Source: Chrysomallon squamiferum | Taxonomy: Eukaryota; Animalia; Mollusca | Direction of reading: 5' to 3' | Assembly: GCA_012295275.1 (NCBI GenBank) | Contig: CM022672.1 | Coordinates: 24,614,001 to 24,678,000, forward strand | Length of the DNA stretch: 64,000 nucleotides | Part shown: piece after piece, positions 41,817 through 55,900 of the stretch | Layout of the letters: the number at the start of each line of letters is the position of its first letter | Position numbering within the stretch: the stretch's first letter is position 1 | The notes under the pieces: generated by a model | Database searches by the model: none | Told to the model about the DNA's origin: nothing | What the model saw: only the letters and a program-made list of their open reading frames with translations | Position numbers and translations under genes: made by a program

Positions 41817-42038
41817 CTGTTGTTCTTTGGAAAGTGGAATTGAATCTAAGAAACTGACCAATGGCTGGAGTAACATGAGACAGAATTCAGTCAGTTGAAA
41901 GACGAGTGTCAATAGTGGCTGAGGCAGACAGGTCATCAAATACTTCATTAGAAGACTTACTACAGGCTTCATGTATTCATTCACAACGATCCTTTTAGTT
42001 GTGCGAGGTGGATACAAACGTTCCACAGCAATAGCCAT
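41817..42038 (-). CDS. Candidate HK-B first exon, 74 aa, MAIAVERLYPP...LLMKYLMTCLPQPLLTLVFQLTEFCLMLLQPLVSFLDSIPLSKEQQ (hydrophobic)
   Basis: 222-nt open frame, start context aaaATGG, donor CAG|gtaggg, phase 0. Consensus TATA box upstream. Confidence 0.7.
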
Positions 42039-42315
42039 TTTCTTTTTCTCTGGTTTCTCAGAATTAATATATTTTCAGTATATAAAATTATTACTTTTTT
42101 TTTTTGGTAAAATCAGTGAAAAGTATAAGATATTTTACATCAAGTTTTCAGAAAAGATATTTTTGTAACTAAATTTAAAAAAAAAAAAAATAAAATTTAC
42201 AACAAATTTTGAGAGAAAGGTCTTCAAGATACGTTAAAAATACAGCACAATAATGCAGGCAGCTGTAACAGGCAGAAAGCTTGATGCGAAGTTGTACATG
42301 TGTCACAGTTCCCCT

Positions 42316-42323
42316 CTTTTATA
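42316..42323 (-). promoter_or_regulatory. TATA box (TATAAAAG followed by AGGGG) for the 42038 exon
   Basis: Consensus TATA in non-AT-rich context, ~280 nt upstream of the ATG. Confidence 0.55.
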
Positions 42324-45300
42324 GCTACCTTGCTGTGCTAGGTCACACTGAGAGAGACAATGTGTGGCTGTTACCACAAATACTCTGATAAATACAACAC
42401 TGGATGTGTAGGTGGTAAAGTTACTGTAATTTACTTTTTAGTTGTTTTTATTCTTTCTTTTTTTACATAATTCATGTATTTAAAAAAATTAAAATTATAC
42501 AATAATTATGAAATAAGTGTTGATATATATATATATATATATATATTTTTATTTTTTTTTTTTAGGGGGTGTTTCTCATTGTAGTTTTGGAACAGAAATA
42601 TTTTTTTTCCTTTATAATACTGATTATTAGATTATTAAATCTATTGTTAAACTTAATTAAAATTTTCATCAGCATCATATACAGATATTGCAAATATAAA
42701 ATATCTAATAACAAAGAAAAAAAAAAAAAAATTTCCCTCTAAAACAGAAATCATAAGAAGACTATAAGAGATAAAAAATCCATTAGCACATTAAAAAACA
42801 TCACAGAACCAATAACAGTTAAAACCACAATGGTTAGACACCTCTGTAATTTGCATAAATATAATCATCAAATGTTCATTTTACTTTAAATACATGCATA
42901 AATCTTTTAATTAATGAATATATTTTTCACATACAAACACACACACACAAAAGAATGTCTATAATGCAGCCTTCCAGAATATTGCTGCTGCAACATTCAT
43001 CATCAGTTTATTTTATTATGTTCTTTAAAGTAATATTTCAAACAAAAGTTACATGTATGTACTATATGTAAGAACCTGTAAAGTAACATACCTAATGAAT
43101 AATAATATTATACATTGCAAACATTCATTCAGTGTCATAAACATTTTCTGAAACAATATCCAGATCTCATAACTTTTTGTCTGGTAAAATAATAACTATT
43201 TTCTTTCTTTTTTAACTGTTTATGGTCATTAAATGCAACAAAAAGGAACAAAAGATGACCATTTTCAAAAGCAGAAAATTAAAAACATGCAAATAAGTGT
43301 AAAATACATAACTCATAATTATATTAAAATTATTTGACAATGTATATTTTTCAAAATTAATGTTGTTTGATATGAAACATTATTTTTCATTATATCTTTA
43401 TCAAGTAACTTGTCTTTTGATCTTGAGTAGGAAACATTTTAATCGTTGAATCAAGTGGGCTTTTTTAATAACATAAGATAAGTATATCTGAATTATATTT
43501 ATAAATTTGTATCTGAAAAAAAAAAAAATTTTAATTATCTGCAGACTGACAATGTTTTTTTTTTTAAAATTATTATTATTATTTTTTGTATTTTTTTTTT
43601 AAGCATTCATCCGGCAATGAAAATGCCTTCATCATGGTTCTGTTGTCACAACATTTCCCATTACAGAAGACATGAAGACACTGTGATGGGTAGAAGGGTG
43701 TCTTGCTCTAGTGATAATCTTTATCACAGATGATTGATTGCACATAGTAAAATTAATATTATAATAAATGTATGTGTTGAAACATGTATACCTTCACCAA
43801 GCGACTCACTTCATTTAAGCACATATCAGTTTTCAAAATACAGTTAAACAACAAGTTATGCAAGGTACTTTAAAAGTTCAGTTTCTGGCATTGTTTAAGA
43901 GAATATCTTCAGAAAACTGAACTTTCATCTCTGACTTGGTGTCTGTGTTTCCTTAGTTTAGCTGAAGTTCTTCATTTGTTAATTTACCTATAAATATTTT
44001 ACTTTAGAAAATCTCATAATAGGAGAAAGGAGAAAAAAAAGAAGAAAAAAAGAAGAGAACTGTCTATTTTGGTATATATGCATATATATTATTTTGAATC
44101 AAACCAAGTCACAACTGATCCAGCTTAAAAGATAGTGTCTGCTGAAATGCATTTGTGTGAAAGTTTCTTTTTTTGTTTCTTTTTTAAAATCTAAATATGT
44201 TTTTTGATAATTAAAAGAATAAAGTTGTAATGCAGAAATATTTTTCTATCATAAAGTTTTAGTTTGAATAAAATATTAAAATAAGTGAAATTTCAGTATA
44301 AATATATTACACACATTCAAGACATAAATTCTACAATTTATTTTTAATTTGGCTTAAGAATCAATAATATATACTAAATTTTGCTTCAAAAAAATTATTT
44401 CTTTAAAGAATATATTCTTTTCTAGAAAGTTTACTGGAAAAGAGAAGGGTTTATCTAACTCCTTTGGGAAAAAAAAAAAAAAAGCTTGTGAATGTTACTA
44501 CCATGTGGTTACAACATGCAGCCTTGACACTCTAAGTATGGCACCAGGACAATTACAGTTAAACAATAGTTTTGTATTTCACCTTGTTTAAGTACTAGCA
44601 CACTTGTCAGGCAATGACCTGCAGACATGTATTTTAATACAACAAACTTCATGACATCACGTTTCTTTAGACATAATAGAAAGAAAAAAAACATAATAAT
44701 AATTTTAAAAAAAAAAAAAAAAAAAATTACATATTAAATAAAGATAGACTCCTTCTCCTACAGCTATTCACTACCAAATTAAAAATAATTTTGCAATTTT
44801 CATGTGGTTTCTTGTAATGTAAATATTTCACTTAACCGTACATAAACACATTTCTCTACATATAATTGCCATAAAAGGTTATAATATTGGAAATGTATTT
44901 TATAAGATTTCAATAATAGGTTCCTCTGCATAAGTTGCATAATTATAATTATTTATATTCTTCAAAAATAATTATCTTTTTAACTTTGTTGCATAAATAA
45001 ATCTTTTATATCTACATGTAAATACTAAATTAAAAATAAAATGGAGCTAAAATTGAAAACACATGAACAATTAAACATCAATTCCTAGTTCACTGCATCA
45101 GTACGTTACATATGTTATTTATCTGAATATGAATACAATATATTTGTTAACATACTACAGCCACTTGTAAATAATCATTTTTTGTTGTATTTACTGATTA
45201 GAATATTAAATGAAGTGTTTGTCTTTAACACTGTTGTTTTGTTTTTTACTTACTTATTTGGTTCTTTACTAATGTGAATATCACTTAGCATCTAAACAAC

Positions 45301-46620
45301 AATTTGTGAATTGGAAACATTCCATGTTAAAAACTGTTTATTCATAAGAACTTTGTACAGTTTCAGTAATCAAGAAGAAAAAAAATTATTTCTAAACTTT
45401 TTAATCTTGCCTTTATAAAAACTCACTTTGTGTATCACTATACACAAATGTTTTCTCCGATATTATAAGCTGTATGTGTGTATGCATGCATGAATTGTTA
45501 CACACACACACACACACACATACACACACAAAAACAAAAACAAAAACAATGAAATAAAAATCACATAAAGTAATCAATGAAAATTGTATCCACTTAAACC
45601 CAGGTGTTATTGGACTGTTTCCCATTCGTAATACAAAAAGAAAAAGAAAATGAATAACTAATTTCAATATAGGGTGTTCATTAATATTTCTCACTGTGCA
45701 CCATATAAGTAGACTAAGTGATTATAAAGTCCACAACACTCTTACTCCTATATTGATTAAATTCATCAATACATTTGTTCATATTAAGACACTGTGCACC
45801 TAAGACAATCTGAATCCCAAAAAGATAAAAACTAATAAAACTAAATCTTTACTACTAAACATATTATATAGTAATGTATATTTTGATATTTTGAATCTTT
45901 AAAACCTGCAGTGCTGGTTCTGCTGTGAGTGAATTAAATAAAATAAAAGCAACAAATTGTTTTTCTTTTATTCTCTCTAGACCGAATTTTTTCTAAATTT
46001 ATTTTACCAATACTTTACGACTTTTGTATCAGTAAAACCAATTTCTTTTTAGATATATTTATGTTAAGAAACAGTTCTGATCTGGAACAAAGCCAAAATA
46101 ACTTGGTATCAATACACAGCAGTAGTGAATGCTATGTGTATATGATTATGTTCATTTCACAACACTATTCATTGATTGCTTGGATACACACATATAAAAA
46201 ATATGTCCTTATGACGCAAAACATTGAAGAACTTGAATATTGGTTTACGTGATCAAACAGCATGCAGTATACTTGTTACCCTCTGACACAAACCAAGGAT
46301 CAATAACCTGTATCTATATAATTCTCTGAATAACAACACTGTATGGCCAAAAGAAGTATACATTACTTTTAAAAACGGTTTAATAAGTTTGGAAAAACAT
46401 CTTATAGTTAATATATTTATATATTTTTTAAATAAGTGATAAAATGTTTAAAGCTTAGGTGAAATAACTGATATATGAAAATAATCGTCTTAGTGAGAAT
46501 TACATTATACAAGAAGACCTAGGACTCAGTCTTAGTAGAATTTTTGACCATGTGTATAAAATTGTAAAATAAATAAATAAATATAAAATAAAATAAATTA
46601 TATAAATTATAACACACCAA

Positions 46621-46661
46621 ACAACTTTTCTACTTTAGGCCATGGAAGATAGGAATATATA
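46621..46661 (-). repeat. Exact 41-bp inverted copy of Abraxas exon 3 sequence (50937-50977)
   Basis: acaacttttctactttaggccatggaagataggaatatata is the reverse complement of tatatattcctatcttccatggcctaaagtagaaaagttgt. Confidence 0.93.
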
Positions 46662-49198
46662 AAATTCTAATCACTGTTATTAAAAGTCTTATAGTTTAAA
46701 AAAAAAAATGAATTGTTATGTTAGCAGATATTACCAGTTATTTTTTTTTAAAATAGAAGAGATTTTTATAGTTAAGATTATATTTTAAAGTTGACTTTTT
46801 GAGATTTTTGCCAAAATTCTAATCACTGTTATTAAAACAGTCAAATCTGCTTTTTGTTTATCAGTTTATGATAAAAAAAAAAAAATGAATACTTAATAAT
46901 GTTATCTGCTTAACATCTGATTAAAAAACAGATACTGGAATTGGGAAACAGACTCAGATTTGGTATTAATCAAATGTTTTTAAAACATATCTATAGGAAA
47001 TTTATGCTTGGCAATTATGCCCCTAGTCAATGGTCAGATGGTTAATACTGGTGAATTGTTTATATATTATATATATATTTTTGTGAATCTAACCTAATAT
47101 TTTTGTTCTTAGAGCATTTCTTGAAAAACTGACAGTGTATCTAAATATTAACTTGATAATTTTATATTGCTCATTAAACTCAATTCAAATTATCCTACAT
47201 ACTGAAAACATTAACATGTTTCAAAAAATTAGACAATCATGTATCAACTGCCTACTTTCCAAAACACTAAAATAAGTAAATAAAAAATTAATAATATTCA
47301 TGAACAAACTCACTGATAATTTTTATGGGTAAAAAAACAAACATTAAAAAAAAAAAAAAAAAAATTAAAATGTTGGAACAACTTATTATGAGTGTTCTTA
47401 TAGCAGGGTTCAGCCATAACAGAAGCCATCTACCCTGAGATATCAGATTTTATGGCATTGTAAAGCTTGTATTCTGAGTATTTAGTATTTCAGACTTATT
47501 TATAACTAAGTTGTTGGCAATTCTCATTTTGTTGATGTCAGAACAATGGCAAATATTTAACAACAAAACACAAACACAAACACAACCAGCAAAATGACTG
47601 TAATAAAAACCACAAATGAAAAATAGATATGACAAACTGAATGGGTCAAAAGGTTTTATGCTGCTGGGTGAAAAGGAGTTAGAATGGGTGACTTTCAATG
47701 AAGATAAAAATGCTATATTTTTATTCCATGTACAGTCTGAATGTAATAATTTAAGAAATAAACTGAAAACAAAACATCCACACAAATGTAGTGAATTTCA
47801 AACAAAATGTTCTGCAATCGAGTTAGCAAAATTGAAAACAAGAAAAGCAGTGGAAGCACAATGGATATTAATACAATTTTTTTTTTAATGAACATTCAAT
47901 TGTCAAATATATTATGGGGCTCCCAACTTTTACTGTTGCCTTCCAGATTAAAAAAATATTAAGCTCAAGATATCAATAACAATGTCATTAGTTAAAATAA
48001 TTTAATGGATTTAAACACACAAATATATAATATTACACCACTGAATTCTTTATATACATATTTTCCCAAAGGTTGAGATCATCAATATTTAATAGACTCT
48101 AATATAAAAATGAATAACTAATTTGGAATTCTTTTTATTTTTTACATGTCAAATTATACTAACTTCATGCAGTGTAACACTACTGAAAGCTATTGATCTG
48201 ATGCAAGAAATATTTGGTATTACATTTTATACCATCCATTATAAACAACTCTGTAGAACTACAGCAAAATTTGATGGTGGGCTTAAATATTTTAGGTGAT
48301 TTGTTTTGGCATTATATTGTAATGCAAATGAAATGAAAAAGTTGCAGAATCATTAAAAAGACATGTTCTGTATAAATGAAAAGTAATAATAATAGAAAAA
48401 GACATCAAGAAATGATCAATTCTAAACTATTTTTTGTGTATTTTGGTATACAGCTATTTATATGACTGAACAAGTGTAACAAAATCTAAAGCTCTCATTC
48501 TAGTGTACTTCAGTGTTTTATATAATATAGTCACCATTAATTTTTTTTTTTTTTTTTTTTTTTTTATAAATGTAATAATTAGAAAGGAAATTTGGTACTA
48601 ACACCCATTCTGATCAATTTAAAATGTTTTATAACTTGAACTATTAAAATGTTCTTAATGAAACAATATTAATTATGAATATATTTTTATATATAAATTT
48701 TAACTTTTGTTTGGTTTTTTAAAATATAAAATGAAATTATAATGTTTAAGTTTATTAATAATGTGCTTGAAATCAGTAATATCCATCAGTATTTTGATAA
48801 CATTTTTACTGCAATCATCCGATTTCGGTAATAAATACGTCTGTATGCAAACTAGAAGTAGTGGTTTGGAAACAGGATTAAAGGGAGACAACCATTTAAT
48901 GTTGATACTTTTGGATTTATTCGATCTTTATGCGCGGAAATTACAAATCAAAGCCTTTACTTTGCTGTAACAACAACAACATCTATTAATTCAGAAACCT
49001 ATCTTTTATAATAAAAACTTATCCACCGATAAAAATACTAGATATATGATGGAATAATTTATGAAAGTGGGATGGTCACTACATACAAACCGGTGATAAA
49101 TGGCAAAAATTTGTACACAACGACATAAACAAAACAAATTGTGACAGAAAAGCATGGCTGATTGTGATAAAAATAGACAGAAAATAAAGAACACTTAC

Positions 49199-49273
49199 AG
49201 AAGACTTATCAACTGGCTGAATAAAATGTTTCTTTTTTCTTGAGGGGCTCTTTTTAAGGGGAACACGAGACAT
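49199..49273 (-). CDS. Candidate distal HK-B first exon, MSRVPLKKSPSRKKKHFIQPVDKSS (NLS-like basic cluster)
   Basis: 75 nt (25 codons), consensus donor TCT|gtaagt, phase 0. Lies in CpG-enriched DNA divergent from Abraxas. I found no other minus-strand gene body between it and the HK-B core. Confidence 0.65.
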
Positions 49274-49938
49274 TCTTTAAACGCCTTCGCTGGACGAGTG
49301 AAGGTCAGTCGGTCACCTAGGATATGCTAGTACCTAAAATACAAGCCATGGAATAAAAATGATGTTTCGTTCATCGTCGAACATCATGAAATATTGTAGT
49401 ATATAAATATTGTTAATAATTTCATCTAGGTGATCTATTTCAGGACTTAAAATATATTTTATGTTTATATTTAGTTGTCTATTATAATCTGCTGATAGCT
49501 TGATATAATCGATGGTTCATATTCAGTTTTTAAAATTTTATCATTACTGTTGACGTTGTGGAATAGTTGAACCAAGTATTCACATTATAGATGAATATTG
49601 GATTAAAAGAAAAAAAAAAAAAGAAGAAAGAAACGTGGAATAAATATTGGATTTAAAAAAAAATTGCTATGGGCAATTTTCATAATCAGAATTTGTTTTA
49701 TTGGTTCTTTTACAATTTTGCTAGTAATTAATTAATTATTAACATTTTAAACAATAATCCCAATGACGAAAACAGACACAGACCGTTAAATTGTTTATAT
49801 AAACGTTATTTTTTTCCAGATGTGTCTAATTCACTTGCGAATAATAGATATTGTCAGAAACAGAAGTAGAACGAAGAGGTAATACAAATTGTACTGGTTA
49901 CTCCAAACCAGAGGACAAAATTAAGAAAGAAAAGAAAT
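49274..49938. promoter_or_regulatory. Putative bidirectional promoter (HK-B distal exon / Abraxas)
   Basis: Divergent ATGs about 665 bp apart and local CpG enrichment. ETS-type CCGGAAGTG nearby at 50108-50116. Confidence 0.5.
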
Positions 49939-52900
49939 ATGGCCGCTCATGGCAGCGGAGCTGTATTTGCTTCCTTGTTTTTTGATCAAATCAATAGCCC
50001 AGATGATCAGGTTTGAAACTGAGATTTATTTTAATTTCGTTGGTATTATATGTGGTTCATGTTGAAATATAATTGCTATGGTGTTTCCCTTTCATTAACC
50101 GATCGACCCGGAAGTGGCTAAATGTTTTATTTTTTAAAAAGAAAGTAGGCGTATTTCTATAATTTCATCGAATTGACAAATAAATTGAAATAGAACAAAT
50201 ATACACGATCATATAATGTTTAATTTTAATTTTCTTTGATATATTTTTTTCAAAGAGTTACACTGATAAATTGTAAAGGATCTTTGTTTTAATTTCAAAA
50301 TTAATTTGGTCAAATTCAGAAATTGGCGTTTTTGTGGTTTACAAGAAATAAAATAATATGATAATAACAAGTATTTAATATTTTGCAGGAAGGATTTCTC
50401 CTGGGGAAAATTATTGATCAAGTTCATGACAGAATTAGTGACTCACAGATAAGCAATTATAAAGTTGAAACTAGAGTTTGTGAGTATGTTAGGTGCGTGC
50501 GTGTGTATGTGTGTGAGTGTGTATATATATACATATACACACACGCACACACAAGCACACACACCCACACTAATAATAATTTAGTGGGTTTATTGGTAAC
50601 TAATAGGGATTTACTTAACAAAGTTTGTTTCCTGGAGTAATAATATATAGAAGGCACATAATAATGCATCTGTGATAAAATCTGCCAAAAGATCTTATAA
50701 TATTTACATTTGATACTTAACTATGCTGTTAAATTACATAAACGTTTCTTTTAGTAAGCTTATACCAGAAGATAATTACATGAAATCAAATGAATGTTTA
50801 CAGTTCATACATAACATCACTATTCATCAACACAATAGTTATTTCTTAAGTGAGTAGCCAACAATTTCAATATATATATATATATATATACCAAATTTTG
50901 GTTTCAGTTAATTTCTTCTTTTTTTTCACTATAAGGTATATATTCCTATCTTCCATGGCCTAAAGTAGAAAAGTTGTACAACCAGGCTGGTCAGTTCTCC
51001 ATTGACTTGCTAAAACAGTTTCTTCTAGGAAAAGAAAAAGTATGTATTGGGTTATTTTGTTCACAGGTTAAGGATAATCTAATTATAAAACAAAAATAAT
51101 TATATAATGTTGTTTCAGAATTCTAAATATTTTGTAAAATTTAACTATGATATAAAAATGTCAACAAAGCTGTTTTAAACATGTAACTATTAGCACCATC
51201 TAAACTTTCTGTGTAATAAAGTTTAAGTGATGGCATTAATATATGGTTTACTTAGAGAAGTCTGTTTAATCCCAGTTACATTTTTAAAATAAAGATTATG
51301 ATGCTAATATGATCATTATCCATTATAACTTTAAAAGACTATTCAAGTGTAAAGATATATGTGAAAAGCATCAGTGCATATACTCAGTACTTAACAAATA
51401 AAATGTATGTATTCTTTTCTGGAAGCAGACATTTGGCTAGAATATGTTCTATTGTATGTAAAAATTAAAAAATAAAGTCCATGAAATATACATTGTTAAG
51501 CTAATATTGTCAAATGTGTATTATTTTTTAAAATAACTGTTAAAATAAAAAAAATCATAGCTTGGCTGTTATCATTGTAACTGAGTGATTAATGCTAACT
51601 AGATGCCAGATTGAAATTTAAAAAAATATTAATTGTGACTTGACCAGAAGTCACAAAATCAGATACATTTTAAAAATAATATTCTTAGTTAAATATACTT
51701 GTTATTAGGCATGAGTATTCCTTCAAATTGTTAATTTAAAATTGCTTTCATATGATAACAAAATATTTATATTTTATAGCTAGCTAACATTTTTCATTTA
51801 GGACTTTCTCTCTGATTTATGACATTTTATTTATTAAAATATAATTCCAAGATGCTGTTTTTTGGTCTAAATTAACTTACACTTTAGCAATTCACACACA
51901 ACACACAGATAATATTGTGTTTTCATATCTTATCCATTTAGATCTGAAGAATTATGAAATATTTTATTTCCAGGATGTTATTGGTTGGTATAAGTTCAGA
52001 CGGAATTCAACATTACGTCCATCACTGAAAGAAACAACCTTACATCATAACCTTATTTATTCTCTCTCCTTGGAACGTGATCAGCCTGAAAACTTCTTGT
52101 TCTTCCTCTGTAGCACTTTCACATCACCAAATCTTGCTACACATACTTATGACCACTGCTTTCTGAAACATCAACATGGGTATGTTTGTGGGTCACTGGT
52201 ATTTTGAGTAGTTATAATGATTTATCCAATAACTTGACTAACTTGTCCCAACATCATACTAGTATTACTTGAATAAAGTGTTTGGTTATTATGAACCTTT
52301 GTTAATAATAATGAAAATTGAAAATCTAAACATTTGCAGTGGCTAGCTTAGTTTTTCAGGTATGTTTCTGATTTCTATGGATGATATGATTTCATTAAAA
52401 AAGAATCCTAACCTACATGCAGTTTAAATAAGACTGTCAACTGATGCATAAAAAAATTAATTAGGCAGATTTTCAAACTCCATGTGTAGAGTTTAACTGC
52501 AGCTTATTTCTAAATTATCATTTGCTTTGATATTCGCACATATATTGTGAATAATTGTCTTTATAAGAATGCATAAAATTGTTTTGTTTTATTCTCTGTT
52601 ATCATTTTTTTAAGATGTTCATTTCAGATTTATAATTTATGAGAATTTATGAGTACGTGTTTATTTTAATCTAAAATTAATTTGTGTTTTTATTTTAATA
52701 ACTAACTTATTTATTTGTTTACAGAAAATTTCACAGGATTCCTGTTCAGATTCTTAATCTTGGAGACACAACACACACTTCTTACAGACAGCAGGCAAAC
52801 CTTGGGATTAATCCAGAGAGTGGAACTATACATTCAGTGCTACATAAATTTAGGTAAGTGTGCAAGTTTCCAGTTGATCTTTTATATTTTTCTTTTTTAA

Positions 52901-55900
52901 ATTTATTAAAATTGCTGTTACAGCATATATGGTTGGTACCTTACGATTTTACTTCAAAATAATATATACTTAAGATTAATTGTTCATTTTTATATCGTTG
53001 TTGTTAGTTGTATTTGTATTTTATAATGTTATACAGAAAGTCCTTGACAAATATAAAAAGTAAGTATGACAAAGACAGGTTCCAGATTACTTCATCAAAT
53101 TCCATAGATTATTGGTTGACATAATTAAACCTTTGAGCCCACAGTTCTGATAAACTGGGAATTTTCTTAATTTTATATGCTTTTGCAACTATTTAAAATA
53201 GTGGGATATATAATGACAGTATTATTTGTCATTTCATAACTTCTGGCTGTGTTCATCTTTCTGATTTGTTATTTGAGATACCTGCATCTAGAAAGAAATT
53301 ACATGAATTTTTCAAGGCCTTAAATGACAGTTTTAGTTTCTGAGTCACAATCTATGATATAATGATAATCTAAAAATGATTTGTGCTATTATTATTAATA
53401 CTACACATACTGAATTATTACCTATAGTGATTTTGGTAATTGAAACCAGTAAAGGATATCCTGCAAAACTAGAATATTAAGTAAACCCTCAAAGTGTTCC
53501 TCCTTAAAAATATTTTGTTACCTTTGTCAGTGGATTTAAAATTAATTGTACTGGTTTGAATGAAAAAAGATTATTTATATAAGGCACAGATTTCCAAAAT
53601 TTCCAGCATGATGTGGGAGGGCAACCCCAATCAAAAAGTTTTACTGTTGTGTATTGGAGCATGGTCTAGTTTGATAATTGAGATTTTTTTAATTTTAAGT
53701 AATTAAAGAAACTCAAAATATACACATTTACTGGACTACAAAATAAATTTATCTTGGCTCTTAAGGCGCTTCATATCAATTTTTATGTTTTAATGAAAGC
53801 AAATCTCCCATTCTTGTTCAGTTTTCCCAAACTGCCACCTCAGATGTAAAATCTAGCTGCTTTTTTTAATCCCAAAACTCTACCTTAATTTCACATTCAT
53901 TTTTCTATCAAAATACTCTAACACAAAGAGCCATCTTCTAAAAGTAGACAAGAAAGTAGCCACCAACTGAATCTTTGAAAAACCCTCAAGAGCAGTGATG
54001 AACAACCTCTGAAAAGACATTAAGATAACACTGAACTGAAACCGTGGAATTCTTTAGTCTGCTGAAACAAACGTTTAATTAAGTTTGTAATAAAATAAAA
54101 TAAAATAAAATAAAATATGTTCCTGCTGTAAAAAATAGACTTGGTGAAGGTGTTAACTAAGTGTTTTCTTACCATAAATTAAGAAATGCAGTAATAAAAT
54201 TATCCAGAGTTACTACAGAAATTTAATTTACAACCAATTATATTTTTACAGTAATTAAAAGAATTCTTGAAATTGATGATATTTTTGCATAAATGATTCT
54301 GTAAGAAAATGTTGGGATATCTGTCTTAATAGCAAAATGAATATTTATAAACATGTGAGATAAATTACAATATTGGAAAATACATTTTTATTATATAGCG
54401 CTTTCTCTGGAACTTCTTAGTTTAATTTTGTCTAGATCTGAAGTGAACATTGATTCCCAATCAAATAAATTTCAAAGAATTCAGGGCAGTGTTTCAAATT
54501 TAAATTTTTTATTTTTCTATTAAATTCTGGGTATTTTTTATTTTTTCAATTTTTCTTAATTGTATTGTTATTTGTACTCTTCTGTTCACAGAAAAGATTT
54601 TGTTACATCTACAGGAGAAATGGGTGAAGTTAAAAAAATCTGCGCAATGTCTGAGACTGTCAACAAAACCCTTCAGGTTGGTTAAAAAAGAATTTTACTC
54701 AGTAAGCCATTTCTCAGTAGTGTTGAAAGAAACACATAAAACTGGAGTTTTCAAAATATATATTTTAAAAAGTAATAATAATCAAAAATTAATTATGTAT
54801 TTTTCACTTTTTTGGTTTGCTGACATAATATATATATATATACATTTCAGTTTTACAGTCTTTATTTTAATTATATCTTCTTTAAATATATGTTTTTTAA
54901 TTTTTAGAATTTAGCAAAAACTGTGTTAGAGAATGAGATGATTCTGGGATGTTTGGAAGATGAGGTACAAACACTTACAAACATTTTAGCACAAAAGGAA
55001 GAAGAACATCTTCCAGCCAAGCCAGTTCAGTCAAGTTCTCCACCTCCTCCATATATGGATATTTTTGAAACTTCCCCAGCTCCTAGCCGTATAAAAATTC
55101 ATGCTATGAGATCTGATATGAAGTTCAGGAGAAGTATTGGCGACAGTGACAGCAATGTTAGACATGTTAGACAGATTAGTGTAGATGGTAAGATGAATGT
55201 TTACAAATTTTTCTGGTTTTCATAAAATTAGTTTATTTCTTTATCAGTGTTGTGATTTTCAAAGCTGATTTTCAAAGTTAACACAGGCTGAATGTATATA
55301 ATAATAAAATTAAACTACTTTGAAATTTTAAGTGGTCTTTTGCTCCTTTTTCCATAGCAAAGCTAATCACAGATGAATTTCTGCTTCACTGTTTTGGAAG
55401 CCTAATGCACATGTAACTTAATCTGTTTAAAAAAGAATATAAATAAATGTTCCTGAAAACATCTGCATACAAAAACAATTACATCAGATAATCCAAAAAA
55501 AACCACACACACACACACAGACCTTTAACTCTTTATTGTTGATTGTAAATAGAAGTGAAATACAAACTAACTGTGAAAAATACCATATTTTGGTTTTACA
55601 GAAGATCAATACAGAAAGGAAGAGGATGTCCCTGAAACTGCATCAGCTGTTGATATAAAAGAATATGAGATAATAGAAGGACCTGAAAAGATGAGTCAAA
55701 GTTTGCTTGGTACTTGTAATTCAGAACAGGCCCTCTCTTGTCAACTAGACATCTTGACACCAGAAAAGGCCAGAAAAGACTCAGTTACTGGAGAACCACG
55801 TCACACCAGAGGGACAACCCCGACTAAACCAGGTGCATCTGAAGATGATTATGAAGAACAAGTATCTGAAAATTCTGATCACTTCTCTTTTCTTAACACC

